Of a DNA stretch of 64,000 bases, positions 57,092-64,000 are shown piece by piece. Every line of letters begins with the position of its first letter. Position 1 is the stretch's first letter. The notes beneath the pieces were generated by a model. It was not told the DNA's origin and searched no databases. It saw only the letters and a list, made by a program, of their open reading frames with translations. Source of the DNA: Bacilli bacterium (GTDB lineage Bacteria > Bacillota_I > Bacilli_A > RFN20 > CAG-826); the NCBI GenBank assembly GCA_024408565.1, contig JAKSUW010000004.1:5863-69862 (forward strand), read 5' to 3'. The translations under genes and the position numbers were made by a program.

Positions 57092-59124
57092 TATTGTTAT
57101 TAATCTTTCTTGGCTTATTTCTTGGCTTAACGATTGTTGGCGAGCATCTCATCGCTTTAACAATCGTGACGCTAAGCGTCGCGGTTTTTATTTTTTGGCG
57201 CTTTCCCAAGAAGTTCGGATTAATTTTTTGCGTCGCGGTCTTCGTCGGTGTCGCTTATTCATTTTTAAATTTACGCCTTAATCCGAATGAAGGCAGTTAT
57301 GTAGGCATCGTCATTGAAGCCCGAAGCAACTACTACATCGTGTGGTGTAAATTCGAGCGACTCATTGTTTACGAAAATAATAACAGTAAAGAAATTGGGG
57401 ATATTATTCGCTTTTCTGGTAACCTAGAGGAACTTGTTGATACATCGCTCGAAAGTGAATTCAATTTTTATCATTATCTTCGTAATTTAGGCGTGAGTCG
57501 TGAACTAGTGGTTAGCGGGAGCGACGCTATTTTTTCTAACTTTATTAAACTTAAAGCGTATAAATTAATGTTTCTTAATTTATTTGATAGCGGGGCACGT
57601 GATTATATTGATGCTTTACTTTTTAACATAAAAAATTATGACAGCGAATCACTTCAACTTGCGAGCTCCCTTAATCTCATCTATTTATTTTCTAACGCGG
57701 GGATTTATTTAAGTCTACTTTTTCGGATCGTCGAATATTTTCTTTTCCTTCGCTTTGATAAACGTGGTAGTCGCATTGGGTCGCTTTTGATTTTATCGTG
57801 GTATTTAATCTTTACTTTGCCAAAAGTGGGGGTGAGACGAATTCTTTATCTTAAAGTCTTTTCGTTAGTTAACGAAGGAAAACTAAAAAAGCGATTTTCT
57901 TATGTCGAAGTGATATCGCTAGTGGGTATCACGATGCTGCTTCTTAATCACTACTTAGCTAGGCAATCGAGTTTTTATTTAGGTTTCGTATTATCACTCA
58001 CTTTTCTCTTGCTGCGTTCCACTCTGAACCGTGGAAAACGTTATCAAGTTTTCCTTAAAACAAGCGTTTTCCTCTTTCTTTTTATGTTACCCCTTTCACT
58101 TATGGACCAACACGAGTTTCATCTTTTAGCCATTCCGTTTCAGGCTCTTTTAACCCCAATGATGTTTCTTTTGATGTTCTCTGGTGTGATTAGTTTTTAC
58201 TCTTTCCCGATTAAACCTTACTTTAATGCTTTAACTAGTGGCATTAATTACACCTTAAAAGGTTTTAGTTACGTTGATCTAACGGTTAACTTCAAAGATT
58301 TTAACGAATATTATTTAATCATTTATTATTTATTACTCTTTTTAATCGTCTATTATTTTGAAGCGTTTTATTACGCGCGGTCGCGATTATTTACATTAAC
58401 TTTGCTCGCTACTTTTATGATTCAAATTGTGCCTTATGAATATTTATACGCTGATTCAATTTGCTTTTTAAACGTAGGGCAAGGCGATTGTTGTCTTGTG
58501 AGACATAACGCTTATAACATCATGATTGATACGGGTGGGCTTACTTATAAAGACATCGCAACGGAAGTGAGTATCCCGTATTTAAAAAAGAAAGGAATAT
58601 ACCAATTAGACTATGTCTTTATCTCGCATGATGACTATGATCATTGTGGGGCATTAAATAGTTTAAAGAATAACTTTAATGTTAAACACATCGTTGATAA
58701 TCAATCGCCGTTTAAAATTACGATTAGTGATTTAGTTATTGAAAATCTTAACGCCTGGGCAAGTGAAGCAAAAGATAGTAACGATGCTTCCCAAGTTTTA
58801 TTATTGACCGCAGCGCACCGCCGGGTCTTAATGATGGGGGATGCATCAACTAGTGTTGAAAAGAAATTAATGAATGCCTATCCAAAAGGATTAAATATCG
58901 ATTTATTAAAACTTGGTCACCATGGATCAAAGACTTCAAGTAGTTACGAATTTTTAAAATGGGTTGACCCAAGTGACGCGATTATTAGTGTTGGGAAAAA
59001 TAACTATTATGGGCATCCTCATAAAGAGGTCTTAATGAATTTAGAAAGTCTTAAGATTCCTTACCATCGGACCGATGAAGTTGGGAGCGTTATTTACTAT
59101 GGAAATAACTTCTTACGCGCATAG
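57088..59124 (+). CDS. comEC: DNA internalization competence protein ComEC/Rec2
   Basis: N-terminal polytopic competence domain, plus a C-terminal metallo-beta-lactamase domain (LNVGQGDCCLV...HHGS). It overlaps comEA by 4 nt. Confidence 0.85.
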   Translation: MILLLIFLGLFLGLTIVGEHLIALTIVTLSVAVFIFWRFPKKFGLIFCVAVFVGVAYSFLNLRLNPNEGSYVGIVIEARSNYYIVWCKFERLIVYENNNSKEIGDIIRFSGNLEELVDTSLESEFNFYHYLRNLGVSRELVVSGSDAIFSNFIKLKAYKLMFLNLFDSGARDYIDALLFNIKNYDSESLQLASSLNLIYLFSNAGIYLSLLFRIVEYFLFLRFDKRGSRIGSLLILSWYLIFTLPKVGVRRILYLKVFSLVNEGKLKKRFSYVEVISLVGITMLLLNHYLARQSSFYLGFVLSLTFLLLRSTLNRGKRYQVFLKTSVFLFLFMLPLSLMDQHEFHLLAIPFQALLTPMMFLLMFSGVISFYSFPIKPYFNALTSGINYTLKGFSYVDLTVNFKDFNEYYLIIYYLLLFLIVYYFEAFYYARSRLFTLTLLATFMIQIVPYEYLYADSICFLNVGQGDCCLVRHNAYNIMIDTGGLTYKDIATEVSIPYLKKKGIYQLDYVFISHDDYDHCGALNSLKNNFNVKHIVDNQSPFKITISDLVIENLNAWASEAKDSNDASQVLLLTAAHRRVLMMGDASTSVEKKLMNAYPKGLNIDLLKLGHHGSKTSSSYEFLKWVDPSDAIISVGKNNYYGHPHKEVLMNLESLKIPYHRTDEVGSVIYYGNNFLRA

Positions 59125-59146
59125 TTTTCATATATAATATGAAGTA

Positions 59147-60130
59147 ATGATTTACGTCTATTATAGCGAACTACAAAAAAGCTTCTTAAAACGGGAAGCC
59201 CGGAAGATTATGAAATCCTCTTTAGGTGAACCTAATGACTTTAATTATGTCCGGGTGGACGCGAAAGAAGTTACGGTTCAAGAAATCGTTAATCATTGTT
59301 TAGAAGTACCGATGCTTGAAAATAAAAAAGTAGTAGTGGTCGAAGACGCTTTCTTCGTTGCGAGTAGCAAAAGTAAAGAAAAAATTAATAAAGATAATGA
59401 CTATGATGTTTTACTTAAGTATCTTGCTCATCCAGTTGAGGAAACTGATTTAGTGCTTTTAGTTTACGCGGATAAACTTGATGCGCGTAATAAGGTGTTT
59501 AAAGCTTTAACCGAGGCGGGCGCTCGCTTTGCTGGGTTTGCACCACTAAAAGAAGGTGAATGGTTACGTTATACGGAAGCATTAGTCGAGAAAAGTGGTC
59601 TACAATTTGCGGGTAGCGCAATCCGTGAATTAGCGCGCCGTACGATTAATGACCGTGACCGGTTAATTAACGAAATTGAAAAACTGGGTTTATATAAAAA
59701 GGATATCTCGATTAATGATGTTGTTACATTAGTAAGTGAGCCATTAGAAGACCGGGCGTTTACTTTAACGAACGCTTTACTCGCTGGTAAAACTGACGAC
59801 GCCTTATTTATTTATCATGACTTAATTACTAAAAGTATGGACCCCAGCGCTTTGTTAACCATGATTGCCAATCAATTCCGCTTTATGTATATCGCTAATT
59901 ACCTTAATCGTCACGATCAAGGGTTAGGAGAGATTGCTCAACAATTAAACGCGAAAGAGTTCCGGGTAAAGATGGCGTTAGTGAACGCGAAAGCGGTTAA
60001 ACAAGTGGGGATCGCAAAGATTCTTGATGATATTTATATCGTGGATAAACAAATAAAAAGCGGTCGGGTGGACCGCTTTGTGGCGTTTAGTTTATTTATT
60101 ACTAACTTCGCTCGTAATTACTTACTTTAA
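59147..60130 (+). CDS. holA: DNA polymerase III delta subunit
   Basis: The gene sits immediately downstream of comEC, as in Bacillota. The N-terminal pattern NDFN..., EVPML and KKVVVVED parallels B. subtilis HolA. Confidence 0.65.
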   Translation: MIYVYYSELQKSFLKREARKIMKSSLGEPNDFNYVRVDAKEVTVQEIVNHCLEVPMLENKKVVVVEDAFFVASSKSKEKINKDNDYDVLLKYLAHPVEETDLVLLVYADKLDARNKVFKALTEAGARFAGFAPLKEGEWLRYTEALVEKSGLQFAGSAIRELARRTINDRDRLINEIEKLGLYKKDISINDVVTLVSEPLEDRAFTLTNALLAGKTDDALFIYHDLITKSMDPSALLTMIANQFRFMYIANYLNRHDQGLGEIAQQLNAKEFRVKMALVNAKAVKQVGIAKILDDIYIVDKQIKSGRVDRFVAFSLFITNFARNYLL

Positions 60131-60385
60131 AGTATTATAGAGTTTTTGGATTTCCGCTTTTTGGCGCGCAGCGGTATTTTTATGTTCCGCATGGGTGCTA
60201 ACCGCTTTATCAATTAAGCGCATCGCGTTTTTAAGTGCAGCAGTCGCTGCCGCTTTATCCTTTTTCTCAACTGCGACTTTGACTTTTTTCATCTCGGTCC
60301 GTAACGCACTCCGCGCTGAATAGTTCCGTTGCCGGGCTTTTTCATTGGTGATGATTCGTTTCATTTGTGATTTAATTTGCGCCAT
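60122..60385 (-). CDS. rpsT: 30S ribosomal protein S20
   Basis: MAQIKSQMKRIITNEKARQRN opening and the basic helical S20 body. It converges on holA with a 9-nt overlap. Confidence 0.9.
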   Translation of the reverse strand: MAQIKSQMKRIITNEKARQRNYSARSALRTEMKKVKVAVEKKDKAAATAALKNAMRLIDKAVSTHAEHKNTAARQKAEIQKLYNTLK

Positions 60386-60490
60386 AAGATTACCTCGTTT
60401 GACTTGATATAATATAGCAAATTATTACCTAATTTACAATGAAGAGTTAATTTACCTTATTGAGTGAGTGAATATATAATTATATATAGG

Positions 60491-61426
60491 ATGAATATCG
60501 CCGATTATCGCTTAATCTATATGGGCACTCCCGAAATCAGTGCCAAAACTTTTGAAGCTTTAATTAAAGCAGGTTTTCATTTTGTCGCCTTGATTAGTCA
60601 AGAAGATAAAGAAGTGGGGCGAAAGAAAGTTCTAACGAAAACACCCACTAAGATTGTTGCTGAAAGATATCATATTCCAGTTTATCAACCTAAAAAGATT
60701 AAAGAAGACTATCAATTTGTTGAAGCGTTAAAGCCCGATTTAATTATTACCTTTGCCTATGGGCAAATTATTCCTAAAGGTTTATTAAATTTACCACGCT
60801 TTGGTTGTGTCAATCTTCATGGTTCACTTTTACCTAAGTATCGTGGAGCGGCACCAATTCAAAGAGCGATTATCCATGGTGAGAAAGTAACTGGTATTAC
60901 TTTAATGCGTATGGTTGAGGCGATGGATGCCGGTGAAATGTACGCTAAAGAAGAAGTAGCGATTACGCCTAATGATACTTATACTTCGTTATCTGATAAA
61001 TTAAGTGTAGCGGCAAGTAAAGTCGCGGTAACTTATATACCACAACTACTAGAAGGGACTTTAAAAGGGACAACGCAAGATGAACAAGCCGTGAGTTTTG
61101 CACCAAAGATCTTACCCGAAGAAGAGCATCTCGATTTAACCTTACCCGCAGATGCCCAGATTAACTATATCCGCGCTTTAGCAGATAACCCAGGTGCTTA
61201 TCTCTTCCTTGGCGAAGAGAAGTTAAAAATTTACGCGGCCAAAATCAAACAAAGAACGGTCCGTTATCCAGTTGGTCATATCGCTTTTGTTGAAGGGGCG
61301 TTAGTTTATCAAGCCAAAGATGCACTAATCGAATTAATTAAAGTTAAACCCCAAGGGAAAAACATGATGAACGGTCTTGATTATAAAAATGGCCATCCCT
61401 ATATTATCGGCCAGAGCCTAAAATAG
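60491..61426 (+). CDS. fmt: Methionyl-tRNA formyltransferase
   Basis: IYMGTPE N-terminus, and NLHGSLLPKYRGAAPIQRAI in the formyltransferase core. The start is placed at the MNIADYRL ATG. Confidence 0.85.
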   Translation: MNIADYRLIYMGTPEISAKTFEALIKAGFHFVALISQEDKEVGRKKVLTKTPTKIVAERYHIPVYQPKKIKEDYQFVEALKPDLIITFAYGQIIPKGLLNLPRFGCVNLHGSLLPKYRGAAPIQRAIIHGEKVTGITLMRMVEAMDAGEMYAKEEVAITPNDTYTSLSDKLSVAASKVAVTYIPQLLEGTLKGTTQDEQAVSFAPKILPEEEHLDLTLPADAQINYIRALADNPGAYLFLGEEKLKIYAAKIKQRTVRYPVGHIAFVEGALVYQAKDALIELIKVKPQGKNMMNGLDYKNGHPYIIGQSLK

Positions 61427-61460
61427 TTGCTATAATATAAATATATTAAGGAGTATTTTT

Positions 61461-61949
61461 ATGGGTTTATTTGATCGGTTCAAAAAAAGCGACGCAGATC
61501 CTTTAACTATCTACGCGCCTATTTCTGGTAAAGTCATCCCGCTTGAACAATTAGCGGATAAAACATTCTCGAGTAAAATCATGGGTGATGGTGTTGCCAT
61601 TATTCCTTCTGAAGGCAAAATCTTCGCACCGGTTAACGGAACCATCAGTGCCTTACTTGATACGAAACACGCCTATGGCGTTACCGCTGAAGGTGGCTAT
61701 GAATTATTAGTGCACATTGGGCAAGACACCGTCAATTTAAAAGGTGAAGGTTTTACTACCAAAGCCAAACAAGATAAAAAGATTAAGAAAGGTGAATTAT
61801 TAGGCACTTTCGATATCGACTTTATCAAGAAGAGCGGTTATGAGATTGCGACGCCAGTAATCGTGATGCAAGGCGACTACAAGATTAAGACTAGAACTGA
61901 AGCGACTGAAGTTAAGGCCGGCGACGTTTTATTTACCGTTAGCAAGTAA
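61461..61949 (+). CDS. crr: PTS glucose-type EIIA component
   Basis: GDGVAIIPSEGKIFAPVNGTI and LVHIGQDTVNLKGEGFT are the EIIA-Glc active-site His region. Confidence 0.8.
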   Translation: MGLFDRFKKSDADPLTIYAPISGKVIPLEQLADKTFSSKIMGDGVAIIPSEGKIFAPVNGTISALLDTKHAYGVTAEGGYELLVHIGQDTVNLKGEGFTTKAKQDKKIKKGELLGTFDIDFIKKSGYEIATPVIVMQGDYKIKTRTEATEVKAGDVLFTVSK

Positions 61950-61965
61950 TAATTTGTTAGTTAAC

Positions 61966-61992
61966 AAAAACCCGCTCATCGGCGGGTTTTTT
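61966..61992. terminator. Convergent rho-independent terminator between crr and nagA
   Basis: AAAAACCCGC-tcatc-GGCGGGTTTTTT has A-run and T-run flanks and so works in both directions. Confidence 0.7.
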
Positions 61993-61994
61993 AT

Positions 61995-63134
61995 TTATAA
62001 ATGAAACTTCGGTTTGGTGTAAACTAATTTACCATTCACATAGGTTTGGTAAACATTAAAGTCTCTATCAATAATCACAAAGTCGGCGTAATAACCACTT
62101 GCGATCTTACCAACTTTATTTAAATCTAAGTTATTCGCGACGTTACGGCTCGCTAAATTAATTGTATCTTCTAGACTAAGATTAAAAATCTTCTTCGCGT
62201 TTCTTAAGGCAACATTCATTTCTAAGACCGAACCAGCAAGTTGCCCGTTTTTTAATACCGCGCGACCATCTTTAACATAAATGGGGAAAGTACCAAGATG
62301 ATAAGTGCCACTCTTTTTGTAGCGGGCTTCCGTGGAGTCGGTGATTAACACTAATTTATCCTTACCTTTATTTTTAAATAAAAGCTCAGCGGCTTCTTTA
62401 CTCACATGGACTAGATCAAGAATTAATTCACTATAAAGTTCATTAAGTGATAAAGCGGCACCAGTCACACCGACATCCCGGTGATGAAGTTTACTCATCG
62501 CATTGTAAGTGTGCGTGGTGGAACTTAGTCCATATTGAAGTGCATCTTTCACTTCTTGATATTTTGCGTTACTATGGCCGACTGAGATAACAATCTTATT
62601 TTGTTTTAAGAATTTTAAAAATTGTGGACTAGCTTTTTCCACCGCAAGCGTAATCATTTTAATTTTGTGGTTACTCGCGTTAATAAATTCTTCCATATCT
62701 TTGACATTCGGTTTAACGATATATTTAGCGTCTTGAGCGCCTTTAAATTCTTCGGCGATAAAGGGACCTTCAAGGTGAACACCGATGATTTTAGCTTCGC
62801 TCGGTTCATATTTTTTCTTGGCGATATTATTAAGCGCTTTTTTAATTGCGTCTTTACTCATGGTCATCGTGGTAGGGCAAAAAGAAGTGGTGCCACTACG
62901 TGTAATACTTTGCGCTAAGTTATGTAAATCTTTGGCGTTAGGATACATAGAATCACTACCATTCGCGCCATGAATATGTTCTTCAATAAAGCCAGGAACA
63001 ATAATATATTTACTTGGTAAAGTAATACCTTTCTTAGCTTTAAACGAAGTGAATTTATCACCATTAACCACTAAATCACTCTTAATAATCTTGTGGTTAT
63101 TTAAATAAACATTAACGTTTTTAAAGGCAATCAT
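61995..63134 (-). CDS. nagA: N-acetylglucosamine-6-phosphate deacetylase
   Basis: GFIEEHIHGANG metal-binding motif in an amidohydrolase fold of 379 aa. Confidence 0.85.
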   Translation of the reverse strand: MIAFKNVNVYLNNHKIIKSDLVVNGDKFTSFKAKKGITLPSKYIIVPGFIEEHIHGANGSDSMYPNAKDLHNLAQSITRSGTTSFCPTTMTMSKDAIKKALNNIAKKKYEPSEAKIIGVHLEGPFIAEEFKGAQDAKYIVKPNVKDMEEFINASNHKIKMITLAVEKASPQFLKFLKQNKIVISVGHSNAKYQEVKDALQYGLSSTTHTYNAMSKLHHRDVGVTGAALSLNELYSELILDLVHVSKEAAELLFKNKGKDKLVLITDSTEARYKKSGTYHLGTFPIYVKDGRAVLKNGQLAGSVLEMNVALRNAKKIFNLSLEDTINLASRNVANNLDLNKVGKIASGYYADFVIIDRDFNVYQTYVNGKLVYTKPKFHL

Positions 63135-63850
63135 AATAAACTTGCTGCATCCTTATCCGCATAAATAGTGACACTAGGATGTTTATTTAAAATACTCGCT
63201 GGGAAATCAGTCGTTACTTCTTTACTCATTAAGCGTTTTAAAGCATTTGCTTTATTACTACCAGTAATAATAATCACAATCTTTTTGGCGTTCATGATGC
63301 TTTTTAAACCCATGCTCACCGCTTGGGTTGGTACATCGCTAATACTGGCAAAGAAACGCGAATTATCTTTAATGGTAGATTCTTTTAAACTCACGATATG
63401 AGTTAAAGAATTAAAATCAGTGCCGGGTTCATTAAAAGCGATGTGACCATTACTCCCAATCCCGAGGATCTGGAAATCAATACCGCCGTGATCTTGAATC
63501 TTTTGATCATAGGTTTGATAGTAGTCTTCGCTATTTTTATCAGTACTTGGTACATGGGTTTTACTTTTATCGATATTGATGTGGTTAAACAAATGTTCAT
63601 TCATAAAATAACGATAGGATTGGTTATGAGTAGGCGCTAAACCTAAATATTCATCAAGATTAAAGGAAGTAACATTAATAAAATCAATATCACCCGCCTT
63701 ATTCGCTTTAATCAGTTCGTCATAGACACCAACGGGTGAACTACCAGTGGCTAAACCTAAAACCGCATTGGGTTTACGACGTAATAACATTGCGATTTCA
63801 TCTTTAATCGCCGTATAGATTTCTTCTTTATTAAGTATTTTTAGTTCCAT
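63131..63850 (-). CDS. nagB: Glucosamine-6-phosphate deaminase
   Basis: MELKILNKEE...LGLATGSSP N-terminal motif. 239 aa. It overlaps nagA by 4 nt. Confidence 0.9.
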   Translation of the reverse strand: MELKILNKEEIYTAIKDEIAMLLRRKPNAVLGLATGSSPVGVYDELIKANKAGDIDFINVTSFNLDEYLGLAPTHNQSYRYFMNEHLFNHINIDKSKTHVPSTDKNSEDYYQTYDQKIQDHGGIDFQILGIGSNGHIAFNEPGTDFNSLTHIVSLKESTIKDNSRFFASISDVPTQAVSMGLKSIMNAKKIVIIITGSNKANALKRLMSKEVTTDFPASILNKHPSVTIYADKDAASLL

Positions 63851-64000
63851 AACAAAACCTCATTTATATTATAAAACAAAGTAAAACGAACCCCAAATCT
63901 ATAGCTAGTTATATTAATTTGGTGCGCAGCAAAGTATAGTGCATAATTACGCAACGAATCAAACGCTTTGTATTGAAAAAAAACTCTATTCGTGGATAAT

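Noticed and set aside
63851-64000. Possible NagR (dre-type) operator upstream of nagB (aatttggtgcgcagcaaag region)
   Set aside because: The candidate is not palindromic and matches the TGGTCTAGACCA dre half-sites poorly. I cannot support it from the sequence alone.

Overview
This 64-kb window is a chromosomal segment from an AT-rich, low-GC Gram-positive-type genome. Gene content is Bacillota-like, resembling Erysipelotrichia or Acholeplasma-type organisms; this is inference from gene content only. The standard genetic code appears to be in use: long ORFs are intact and the only tRNA-Trp has anticodon CCA. Most of the window is densely packed housekeeping genes on both strands. These include rpsP-KH-rimM-trmD, the str operon rpsL-rpsG-fusA, tuf, recG, a compact plsX-rnc-ftsY-(dinJ-like)-ylxM-ffh cluster, glpK, a MiaB-family methylthiotransferase, rpmF, deoC, rpsU, comEA-comEC-holA, rpsT, fmt, crr and nagA-nagB. 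There are three tRNA genes (Ala-CGC, Trp-CCA, Gly-UCC) and several clear rho-independent terminators. Accessory-looking content includes two MATE efflux paralogs flanking a C69 dipeptidase, a surface phosphoesterase trio, a two-GPH-transporter/ROK/oxidoreductase/APH-kinase sugar locus, a large BspA-type LRR lipoprotein, and a TraX/CPBP-protease pair. I found no integrase, transposase, CRISPR array or phage genes. The most unusual element is a single ~815-aa ORF at 40792..43236 on the minus strand. It fuses a polytopic membrane domain, an RlmN/Cfr-like radical SAM domain and a complete MTA/SAH (5'-deoxyadenosine) nucleosidase domain. This architecture would let a radical SAM methyltransferase destroy both of its own inhibitory by-products, and I do not recognise it as described. 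Other points worth a second look are two probable frameshift-disrupted genes, a YigZ/IMPACT gene split at a T6G5 homopolymer and a surface protein split near 5760. An orphan DinJ/RelB-type antitoxin gene with a consensus promoter sits inside the ftsY-ffh cluster. A conserved about 22-nt motif plus a GTTAAC box lies upstream of two unrelated lipoprotein genes. A MIP channel has non-canonical NPG/NMT boxes. An rpsU gene falls below the ORF-track size cut-off.
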